Shown here in pieces: positions 44,988-52,575 of a stretch of DNA of 52,575 nucleotides. The translations under genes were made by a program, and so were the position numbers. Within the stretch, counting starts at the first letter, position 1, and each line of letters opens with the position of its first letter. Under the pieces are notes generated by a model that was not told where the DNA came from, did no database searches, and saw nothing but the letters and a program-made list of their open reading frames with translations. The DNA comes from Microbacteriaceae bacterium (GTDB lineage Bacteria > Actinomycetota > Actinomycetes > Actinomycetales > Microbacteriaceae). The stretch covers positions 1 to 52,575 of the forward strand of contig JALRLI010000001.1 in assembly GCA_023254555.1 (NCBI GenBank), in the 5' to 3' direction.

Positions 44988-45041
44988 CCTTATGTCTCGA
45001 GTGGCTCGTTAGCGCTTCGGGTATCGGGCTATCGTTTCGCT

Positions 45042-46100
45042 ATGCATGAAAAAACTTTCACGAATTCCACTGAGCCTGAAGTGGTGGTGCGTGAGCAGGG
45101 GAGCGCGCTATGGATCACGCTCAACCGACCCCGGGCGATTAATGCGATTTCTCAGGGGATGGCCCTGACGCTCAGGGATGTTTTGAGTACCGCGGATACT
45201 CGTGATTTCAGCTGTGTGATCATCGATGGGGCAGGCGACCGAGGTCTGTGTGCTGGCGGCGACATCAAAGCCCTGTTTGCCGCGAGTCGCGATGAGGCCC
45301 GCCAATTCTTGGGAGTTGAATACGAGGCGGATTTACTCACCTCAACACTGCACACCCCCGTAGTTGCGTTCATGACCGGAATCACGATGGGCGGCGGCAT
45401 CGGTATTTCAGGGCATGCCCCAATTCGCGTCGTCACTGAAACCTCAATTTTGGCCATGCCTGAAACGAAAGCTGGAATGGCGCCAGACGTAGGCGTGAAT
45501 TACATACTTGCGCAAGCGCCAGGATTCATCGGGGAGTACCTCGCCACAACGTCGTCCAGCTTCACCGCGGGTGACGCAATCGCACTTGGGTTTGCTGACT
45601 TCTTTGTGACCGAGTCGAAGTTGGATGATCTCAAAGCGGCTCTGACCTCAGCAAAAGACCCGCACGAGACGGTGGCTGCGTTTGCTGGGCAAGCGCCAGA
45701 CTCTCAATTACTCGCCCAGCGTGACTGGATTGATGAGTGTTTCTCAGCTGATTCGCTAAGCGAGGTTCTTGACATGCTGAGTTCACGCCCCATCCTCGCG
45801 GCCCAGGAAACCGCAGCACAGCTGAGGCAGCTGAGTCCTATTGCAGTCGCCGCGGCCTTCTGGGCGGTGCGTTTGGCTCGACAAGACAATGATTTGGTGC
45901 GATCCTTTGAACGCGACCTACGCATCATGACGACACTGCTTGACGAATTCGGCGGTCGCGAAGGAATACGCGCGCTGATCATTGACAAAGATCATGCGCC
46001 CGACTGGCCAATCAGCGCGCTCAAAGATGTCACAGTTGCACAGCTAGAGAGAATTTTGGGTGCAGAAGTGTTACCGTTACTCACACAAAATCGAGTTTGA
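45042..46100 (+). CDS. Enoyl-CoA hydratase/isomerase family, 3-hydroxyisobutyryl-CoA hydrolase-like
   Basis: ALWITLNRPRAINAI, GAGDRGLCAGGDIKAL, MGGGIGIS. True ATG at 45042. The track ORF extension from 44742 is antisense to the hydrolase gene. Confidence 0.8.
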   Translation: MHEKTFTNSTEPEVVVREQGSALWITLNRPRAINAISQGMALTLRDVLSTADTRDFSCVIIDGAGDRGLCAGGDIKALFAASRDEARQFLGVEYEADLLTSTLHTPVVAFMTGITMGGGIGISGHAPIRVVTETSILAMPETKAGMAPDVGVNYILAQAPGFIGEYLATTSSSFTAGDAIALGFADFFVTESKLDDLKAALTSAKDPHETVAAFAGQAPDSQLLAQRDWIDECFSADSLSEVLDMLSSRPILAAQETAAQLRQLSPIAVAAAFWAVRLARQDNDLVRSFERDLRIMTTLLDEFGGREGIRALIIDKDHAPDWPISALKDVTVAQLERILGAEVLPLLTQNRV

Positions 46101-46158
46101 TTAAGACTCAACAACACACGTGCAGTGCCCGTCACTGCCAGCCCTCTTGGAGAGATGA

Positions 46159-46938
46159 ATGCAGGTATCAGGAAGTTCAGCGATTGTAACCGGCGGCGGT
46201 TCAGGTCTAGGTCTCGCCACTGCGCGCATGCTCCATGCTGCGGGCGCGCACGTTGTGCTGCTCGATCTTCCTAGCTCGAAGGGCGCCGAGGTCGCTGCAG
46301 ACTTAGGCGACCGAGCCGTTTTTGTTGCCGGCGACGTGACAAACGAAGAAAATGTGCAAGCGGCAGTTGACGCTGCAACACAGATGGCACCGCTCAGAGT
46401 GGCTGTGAACTGTGCCGGTGTAGCAGACGCGGGTCGCACTGTCGGCCGTGAAGGCCCTGTGGCCCTCGCCCACTTTGAAAAAGTTATTCGAATCAATCTC
46501 ATTGGCACATTCAACGTGACCCGACTCGCTGCGGCCGCGATGATGAACACTGAACCAATCGGTACCGAGCCGGGAGGCACCCCAGAACGCGGAGTTATCG
46601 TGAATACCGCATCGGTTGCGGCGTATGACGGCCAAATAGGTCAGGCTGCCTACTCGGCTTCGAAGGGTGGTGTCGTTTCGATGACGTTGCCACTTGCTCG
46701 TGAGTTCGCGAAGTCGTTGATCCGGGTCGTCACGATTGCGCCAGGCATCATGGAGACTCCGATGATGGCGGGTATGCCTCAAGAGGTACAGGACTCGCTC
46801 GGAGCTCAGGTACCGCATCCATCACGTCTTGGCCGACCTAGCGAATATGCGGCGCTTGTGGAGCACATCGTTTCAAATCCACTGCTGAACGGTGAATCAA
46901 TTCGACTCGATGGCGCGATTCGCATGACTGCGAAGTAG
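46159..46938 (+). CDS. SDR-family oxidoreductase (type-II 3-hydroxyacyl-CoA dehydrogenase-like)
   Basis: TGGGSGLGLA, NCAG, catalytic YSASKGG. Confidence 0.85.
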   Translation: MQVSGSSAIVTGGGSGLGLATARMLHAAGAHVVLLDLPSSKGAEVAADLGDRAVFVAGDVTNEENVQAAVDAATQMAPLRVAVNCAGVADAGRTVGREGPVALAHFEKVIRINLIGTFNVTRLAAAAMMNTEPIGTEPGGTPERGVIVNTASVAAYDGQIGQAAYSASKGGVVSMTLPLAREFAKSLIRVVTIAPGIMETPMMAGMPQEVQDSLGAQVPHPSRLGRPSEYAALVEHIVSNPLLNGESIRLDGAIRMTAK

Positions 46939-47011
46939 TGCCTCCGACAGGATTCGAACCTGCGACCTTCGGTACCGGAAACCGGCGCTCTATCCCCTGA
47001 GCTACGGAGGC
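46939..47011 (-). tRNA. tRNA-Arg (anticodon CCG)
   Basis: Reverse complement GCCTCCGTAGCTCAGGGGATAGAGCGCCGGTTTCCGGTACCGAAGGTCGCAGGTTCGAATCCTGTCGGAGGCA. Anticodon loop TT-CCG-GT, T-loop GGTTCGAATCC. Confidence 0.88.
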
Positions 47012-47061
47012 AACGCCCTCAAGCGTATCGCAACCGCGGAGGGCAGACAGCGCGTACGTGA

Positions 47062-48747
47062 ATGGATGCCGAGACTGAAGCCTTAGACTTGACTCTCGTG
47101 ACGCCAGCCGAACTTACCCTGATCCTGATGCAGCTTATGAATGGCATCAGTCCCGAGCTCGACTTACAAGAAACTGACATCGCGCTCGAGCGACCTCGCA
47201 ATCGTGAGCACGGAGACTGGGCATCTAGCGTCGCCATGAAATTTGCGAAGCGGATTGGCAAAAACCCACGTGAGCTTGCTGACACGCTCGCTGAGAAGCT
47301 GCGGCAGGTTGACGGTATTGCAGATGTGGACGTGGCCGGCCCTGGTTTCATCAACATCACGCTCGACGCTGCGAGCTCAGGAGAAATAGTTCGCACCATC
47401 GTTGAGGTAGGCGATGCCTTTGGGCGAAACGATGAACTCGCCGGGAAATCCATAAACCTTGAATTCGTATCTGCGAACCCCACAGGTCCACTCCACCTAG
47501 GGCACACTCGTTGGGCGGCATTGGGCGACTCGATGGCGCGAATTCTGAAGGCTTCAGGGGCAGACCTCAAGACCGAGTACTACATCAATGATGCCGGCGC
47601 ACAGATGGATAAGTTTGGGGCGTCTGTGCTCGCAGCGGCACTCGGTACACCGGCTCCAGAAGACGGATATCCAGGCGAATACATTCAAGTTCTTGGTCAG
47701 AAAGTGCTCGAAGAGGTGCCCAATCTGGGCAAGCTCTCAGACGCTGACGCACTCAAAATGGCGCGTGAAGTTGGGTATCAGCTTCAACTAGCTGAGATTA
47801 AACAGTCACTTGAGAACTTCAGAGTTCACTTCGATATGTACTTCTCTGAGAGAACATTGCATGAGCCTGCGGTTGACGGTTCACCGAGCCCGATTGAGCT
47901 TTCGGTTGAGCGACTCCGCGAGCAAGGTCACGTGTTCGAAGAAGACGGTGCAATCTGGGTTCGAACCACAGATTTCAATGACGACAAAGACCGAGTGATT
48001 ACTCGCGGAAACGGCATTTATACCTACTTCGCCGCAGATGCCGCCTACTACCTGTCGAAAAAAGATAGGGGATTCTTCGAGAAGATTTACCTGCTCGGAG
48101 CCGACCATCACGGTTACGTTGGGCGGCTCAAAGCAATTGCAGGCGCAGCGGGTGATGATCCTGAGGTGAATATCAGCGCGCTCATTGGCCAGCTCGTCAA
48201 CCTCAATGGTGCGAAGCTCTCAAAACGTGCGGGTAACATCATCGAGCTCGATGACTTGCTCGAATGGCTAGGTGCTGACGCCCTGCGCTACTGGCTGGCC
48301 AGATACCCAGCAGACTCGCCCTTATCCTTAGACGGTGAAGCGCTGAGAAGTCGGTCAAACGATAATCCGGTCTTCTATGTGCAATACGCGCATGCGCGAA
48401 CCTGTGCGGTAGACCGGAACGCGCAGGCAGCTGGAGTCGACCGCAGTGAATTCGAACCGGCATTGCTCACACACGCAACCGAAACTGAACTTCTGGGAGC
48501 CCTGATGGAGTACCCACGCATTGTTTTAGGTGCTGCACAGCTACGCGAACCACACCGAGTTGCTCGGTACCTAGAAGAACTCGCCGGGCTCTTCCATCGC
48601 TGGTATGACAACTGCCGCGTGCTGCCCCAAGGCGATGAAGACATAACCTCGCTTCATCGCACGAGACTCTGGGTCAACGACGCGGTGCAAGTCGTCATTC
48701 GCAACGGTCTCGATTTGCTTGGAGTCAGTGCGCCTGAGCGTATGTAG
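47062..48747 (+). CDS. argS: Arginine--tRNA ligase
   Basis: ANPTGPLHLGHTRWAALGD (HIGH), DHHGYVGRLKA, full-length ArgS-like sequence. The alternative GTG at 47098 (VTPAEL...) fits the usual N-terminus. Confidence 0.93.
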   Translation: MDAETEALDLTLVTPAELTLILMQLMNGISPELDLQETDIALERPRNREHGDWASSVAMKFAKRIGKNPRELADTLAEKLRQVDGIADVDVAGPGFINITLDAASSGEIVRTIVEVGDAFGRNDELAGKSINLEFVSANPTGPLHLGHTRWAALGDSMARILKASGADLKTEYYINDAGAQMDKFGASVLAAALGTPAPEDGYPGEYIQVLGQKVLEEVPNLGKLSDADALKMAREVGYQLQLAEIKQSLENFRVHFDMYFSERTLHEPAVDGSPSPIELSVERLREQGHVFEEDGAIWVRTTDFNDDKDRVITRGNGIYTYFAADAAYYLSKKDRGFFEKIYLLGADHHGYVGRLKAIAGAAGDDPEVNISALIGQLVNLNGAKLSKRAGNIIELDDLLEWLGADALRYWLARYPADSPLSLDGEALRSRSNDNPVFYVQYAHARTCAVDRNAQAAGVDRSEFEPALLTHATETELLGALMEYPRIVLGAAQLREPHRVARYLEELAGLFHRWYDNCRVLPQGDEDITSLHRTRLWVNDAVQVVIRNGLDLLGVSAPERM

Positions 48748-48895
48748 CGAGTGAATTCGAATATTCGAGCGTATAAGCTTGAGTCAAGTTCGCTCGTGGT
48801 GCACATCCGCTTTCGTTCGTGGCTTCAGGGGCCAATCCGGGTCCGCTCGCCTTTCGCGCGCATCCACGACCAACGAAATAGGTATTGGAGTTGTC

Positions 48896-50293
48896 ATGGC
48901 AGCTAGTGCAGGCTCGGGTTTGTCAAGCCATCCTGTTGCGCACGCGCACTGGCAAAACGTAGACACTGCGATTTATTCGGCAAACAGCGCTCGAGATTCG
49001 TCGGGTGAACTGCTCGTGGCCGGAGTTCGCGCGTCCACCCTGCTCGCAGAGCACGGATCTCCGCTCTACGTCGTTGACGAGCAGCACGCTCGCGACAGAG
49101 CCGCACAGGTTCACTCCGCGTTCACGCGCGAATTCGAGCGTATTGGAACCAGCGCGAAAATCTATTACTCGGGCAAAGCATTCATGGCGGTTGAAGCGGT
49201 TAAATGGATGCGCGAAGCGGGTCTGGGTATTGATGTTGCCACAGGAGGAGAGCTCGCAGTGGCGTTGGCAGCCAAGGTTGATCCAGGCAAAATCGCAATG
49301 CAGGGCAACAACAAATCTGATGCTGAACTTGAAATTGCGGTGAGCGTTGGCATCGGTTCAGTCATTCTTGACAGCAGCGAGGAAATCGACCGTCTCGCAG
49401 CGATCGCGTCACGGCTCGGTAGGGTACAAAAAGTGTTCGTACGCGTCAATAGCGGCGTGCACGCGAGCACCCATGATTTCTTGGCCACATCCCACGAAGA
49501 CCAAAAGTTTGGCATCGCGCTTGAAGACGCTGAAACAGCCGTCGCAGCAATTCGAACACATCAATCACTCGAATTTTTAGGGCTGCACTGCCATATTGGC
49601 TCTCAAATCTTCGACACTTCAGGATTCAAGGAGTCAGCGTCAAGACTGCTCAAGCTCACCGCACAACTCCGCAAATCGGGAGCGGTTCCTGAACTGAATC
49701 TGGGAGGCGGCTTCGGTATCGCCTATACCAGCGACGATGACCCAGAGCCCATCGAAACGATCGCGGCGCAGCTCGCTGACATTGTTCGCGATACCTGTGC
49801 TGAACTGGGCATCGGTATTCCAGTGGTTTCGTTCGAGCCAGGTCGTTCGATCATCGGTTCTGCTGGGGTAACGCTCTATACGGTCGGCACTATCAAGCGG
49901 GTTGCCTTAACCGATGGCCACGAACGAACCTATGTCAGTGTTGATGGTGGAATGAGCGACAATATCCGTACTGCTCTATACGGCGCGGATTACACTGCTC
50001 GCCTCGCCAACCGAGTCAGCACAGCCCAGCCGCAACTGAGTCGCATCGTCGGTAAGCACTGTGAGAGCGGCGACATCGTCGTCGATACCGAGTTCTTACC
50101 TGCCGATATCCAGCGGGGTGACCTCATTGCTGTGGCGGCTACTGGCGCCTACTGCTGGGCACTCGCGAACAACTACAACTATGTCGCCAGGCCGGCTGTG
50201 GTGGCTGTTCGAAATGGCAGTTCGCGGGTCATCGTGCGCGGTGAAACCGAAGAAGATCTACTAGCAAGAAACGTTGATTGGAGCATCACGTGA
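48896..50293 (+). CDS. lysA: Diaminopimelate decarboxylase
   Basis: YSGKAF (PLP Lys), GGGFGIAY, HCESGD. ATG at 48896 with GGAG SD. The track start at 48779 is an extension with non-coding character. Confidence 0.9.
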   Translation: MAASAGSGLSSHPVAHAHWQNVDTAIYSANSARDSSGELLVAGVRASTLLAEHGSPLYVVDEQHARDRAAQVHSAFTREFERIGTSAKIYYSGKAFMAVEAVKWMREAGLGIDVATGGELAVALAAKVDPGKIAMQGNNKSDAELEIAVSVGIGSVILDSSEEIDRLAAIASRLGRVQKVFVRVNSGVHASTHDFLATSHEDQKFGIALEDAETAVAAIRTHQSLEFLGLHCHIGSQIFDTSGFKESASRLLKLTAQLRKSGAVPELNLGGGFGIAYTSDDDPEPIETIAAQLADIVRDTCAELGIGIPVVSFEPGRSIIGSAGVTLYTVGTIKRVALTDGHERTYVSVDGGMSDNIRTALYGADYTARLANRVSTAQPQLSRIVGKHCESGDIVVDTEFLPADIQRGDLIAVAATGAYCWALANNYNYVARPAVVAVRNGSSRVIVRGETEEDLLARNVDWSIT

Positions 50294-51597
50294 ACAATTA
50301 CCGCAACCTACGAGTAGCACTACTCGGGTGTGGGTCAGTGGGGGCGCAGGTGGCGCGCATCCTTCTCGAGCATGAAGACGAACTCGCTGCGAGAGTTGGC
50401 TCGAGGCTCGAACTGATCGGTATCGCGGTTCGAGACGTCAACACAAAGAGAGACGTTGAACTCCCCCAAGAACTCTTCACGACGGATGCTGAACAGCTCA
50501 TTCTCGGCGCTGACATCGTCATCGAGCTAATGGGTGGCATTGAGCCAGCTCGCAGCCTCATCTTGAGTGCTATTAGCTCAGGCGCAGACGTCGTGACCGC
50601 GAACAAGGCCCTGATTGCAACGCACGGTGAAGAACTCGCGGGAGTCGCTGAGCAGGTGGGAGCACAGCTCTACTACGAGGCTGCAGTAGCAGGTGCCATC
50701 CCGATTATTCGCCCGTTGCGCGAAAGCCTTGCCGGTGATCGCATCAATCGTGTCATGGGCATCGTCAATGGCAGCACGAACTACATTCTCGACCGAATGG
50801 ATCGCTTCGGCGACAGCGCAGAGGCTGCTGCAGCAATTGCCAGCGAGCTGGGCTTTTTAGAGGCTGACCCAACTCTCGATGTTGAGGGCTACGATGCGGC
50901 TCAGAAGGCAACTATTCTCGCGAGCCTCGCATTTCACACGAATGTTCCCGGTGATGCGGTTCACCGTGAAGGAATCACTCAAATCACTGCCGGTCAAATT
51001 GAGGCTGCTCGCAAAGCTGGGTATGTGATTAAGCTGCTTGCGATAGCGGAACGACTCGTTGATGACAACGGGGTCGAGGGTATCTCGGCCAGGGTGTATC
51101 CAGCGCTCATTTCGCGCGAGCATCCACTCGCTGCGGTGCATGAGGGAAAGAACGCTGTGTTTGTTGAGGCAGAAGCAGCAGGCTCGCTGATGTTTTATGG
51201 TGCCGGGGCTGGTGGTAAAGAGACCGCGTCTGCAGTGATGGGTGATTTAGTCTCTGCGGCTCGCAGACACGTCGCAGGAGGCCCTGGCATTCCAGGCTCG
51301 ACACATGCAGACCTCCCCGTGCTTGACATCGAAAACGTTGAAACCAAGTACCAGATCATGCTCGAGGTAAACGACCAGCCTGGCGTCCTCGCCGAAGTGG
51401 CTGGGGTGCTCAGCGAGCACGGTGTTTCAGTGGCAAGACTTGAGCAGTCAGTTCCACAGGATGCCAATGGAACGGCTACGCTTGTCATCGGTACCCACTC
51501 TGCAAAAGAGTCGGCCCTGGCTGCAACTGTTACAGCACTCGCTGCCAGCGGCGCAGTAAGCGCGGTATCGAGCGTACTGAGAGTTGAAGGAAACTAA
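50290..51597 (+). CDS. hom: Homoserine dehydrogenase
   Basis: [19 protein letters not shown]-terminal ACT domain. GTG at 50290 with GGAG SD 6 nt upstream and a GTGA overlap with lysA. Confidence 0.9.
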   Translation: MNNYRNLRVALLGCGSVGAQVARILLEHEDELAARVGSRLELIGIAVRDVNTKRDVELPQELFTTDAEQLILGADIVIELMGGIEPARSLILSAISSGADVVTANKALIATHGEELAGVAEQVGAQLYYEAAVAGAIPIIRPLRESLAGDRINRVMGIVNGSTNYILDRMDRFGDSAEAAAAIASELGFLEADPTLDVEGYDAAQKATILASLAFHTNVPGDAVHREGITQITAGQIEAARKAGYVIKLLAIAERLVDDNGVEGISARVYPALISREHPLAAVHEGKNAVFVEAEAAGSLMFYGAGAGGKETASAVMGDLVSAARRHVAGGPGIPGSTHADLPVLDIENVETKYQIMLEVNDQPGVLAEVAGVLSEHGVSVARLEQSVPQDANGTATLVIGTHSAKESALAATVTALAASGAVSAVSSVLRVEGN

Positions 51598-52575
51598 TGG
51601 CCCATGTTTGGCGCGGGGTACTCCGCGAATATGCTGACCGTCTCGATATCTCAGACGCAACTCCGATTATTAGCCTAGGCGAGGGCGGAACCCCGCTCAT
51701 CGAGGCTCATTCACTCTCGAAGCGCACTGGAGCAAAAGTCTTCGTGAAGTTCGAAGGGATGAACCCTACCGGCTCATTCAAAGACCGCGGTATGACCATG
51801 GCCGTTTCGAAAGCTGTTGAGCGCGGTGCGAAAGTGGTTATCGCCGCATCCACTGGCAACACCTCGGCATCAGCCGCCGCCTACGCAACCTATGCCGGCA
51901 TCGCATCAGCAGTGTTGGTGCCAGAAGGAAAGATTGCGATGGGCAAGATGGCTCAGGCTATCGCGCACGATGCTCATATCCTGCAGCTCCAAGGCAACTT
52001 TGATGACTGCCTCGATATCGCACGCGAGCTCTCAGAGCACTACCCAGTTCACCTGGTCAACTCAGTGAACAACGATCGCATTGAAGGTCAGAAGACCGGA
52101 GCATTCGAGATTGTTGATGTTCTAGGCGAAGCTCCAGACTTCCACTTCATTCCGGTAGGAAATGCTGGAAACTACACCGCATACCACCGCGGGTACACTG
52201 AGTACGCAAAAGACGGTATTTCAACCAAGGTTCCGCGCATGTTCGGATTCCAGGCCGAGGGTTCGGCGCCACTGGTGCTTGGTCATCCGGTCGAAAATCC
52301 TGACACGATTGCAACCGCCATCCGAATCGGAAAGCCTGCGTCTTGGGAGCTCGCGCTCGCGGCACGCGATGACTCCAACGGGTACTTCGGCGCAATCTCA
52401 GATCGAAAGATTCTCGAGGCACACCGCATTCTCTCGTCTGAGGTGGGAATCTTCGTTGAGCCTGCTTCCGCTGCCCCAATCGCTGGTCTGCTCGAGCGCG
52501 CTGAGGCAGGAGAGATTCCTGCTGGCGCCGTCGTCGCGGTGACCGTCACAGGTCACGGCCTCAAAGATCCGCTCT
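51597..52575 (+). CDS. thrC: Threonine synthase, 3'-truncated by the window edge
   Basis: Own translation [18 protein letters not shown]...[22 protein letters not shown] (PLP Lys motif)...GNAGNYTAY... TAATG overlap with hom. Not in the track because it runs off the end. Confidence 0.9.
   Translation, partial: MAHVWRGVLREYADRLDISDATPIISLGEGGTPLIEAHSLSKRTGAKVFVKFEGMNPTGSFKDRGMTMAVSKAVERGAKVVIAASTGNTSASAAAYATYAGIASAVLVPEGKIAMGKMAQAIAHDAHILQLQGNFDDCLDIARELSEHYPVHLVNSVNNDRIEGQKTGAFEIVDVLGEAPDFHFIPVGNAGNYTAYHRGYTEYAKDGISTKVPRMFGFQAEGSAPLVLGHPVENPDTIATAIRIGKPASWELALAARDDSNGYFGAISDRKILEAHRILSSEVGIFVEPASAAPIAGLLERAEAGEIPAGAVVAVTVTGHGLKDPL

Noticed and set aside
44742-45041. N-terminal 100-aa extension of the enoyl-CoA hydratase-like ORF
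   Set aside because: The extension is antisense to the alpha/beta hydrolase gene. The hydratase-fold sequence begins right after the ATG at 45042.
46101-46580. 159-aa minus-strand ORF. Similar long antisense ORFs occur at 47019-47570, 13492-14052, 10558-11208, 40621-41154, 30441-30884 and 22677-23150.
   Set aside because: All lie antisense to, or out of frame within, genes with clear family motifs. They have Arg/Ser/Ala/Pro-rich, low-information sequences, as expected for shadow ORFs in GC-rich DNA.
48747-48895. Possible lysine (L-box) riboswitch upstream of lysA
   Set aside because: Only about 150 nt are available. I could not find the conserved L-box elements (the GAGGCGC / AGAG...GG core helices), and no terminator or anti-terminator pair is visible.

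Overview
This window reads as core chromosome from a mycothiol-producing actinobacterium. By gene content and synteny it looks Microbacteriaceae-like, with moderately high GC by eye. I found no IS element, prophage, CRISPR array or rRNA.

Gene content, left to right:
- A ZTP-riboswitch-controlled glyA-folD one-carbon operon.
- A seven-gene minus-strand block (4259-9039) encoding a VIT-family metal transporter, two paralogous coiled-coil membrane proteins, ApbE, a stand-alone ferric-reductase-type di-heme membrane protein, a NuoF-like protein and a small ferredoxin.
- An esterase/TetR pair and tRNA-Lys.
- A phosphate-homeostasis neighbourhood: pstSCAB, ppk-mutT1, mshD, a glnR-like regulator, phoU and senX3-regX3.
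- carD-ispD-ispF-cysS-rlmB.
- pdtaS and whiB.
- aroA-rsgA-bcp.
- A Dpp/Opp-type peptide ABC operon.
- Valine-catabolism-like genes, then tRNA-Arg, argS-lysA-hom and a 3'-truncated thrC.

The two most unusual items:
1. The translationally coupled ApbE / FRD / NuoF-like / 3Fe-4S-type ferredoxin module looks like a split, modular NOX-like transmembrane electron-transfer system. I do not know of a characterised example.
2. Two unannotated paralogous cysteine-rich mini-ORFs (55 and 38 aa) fall below the ORF-track cutoff. Each sits behind a CsoR/RicR/RcnR-type G/C-tract palindrome embedded in its promoter spacer, and together they bracket the glyA-folD operon. No cognate repressor gene is visible in the window.

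All calls rest on my own reading of motifs in the translations and DNA. No database search was run.
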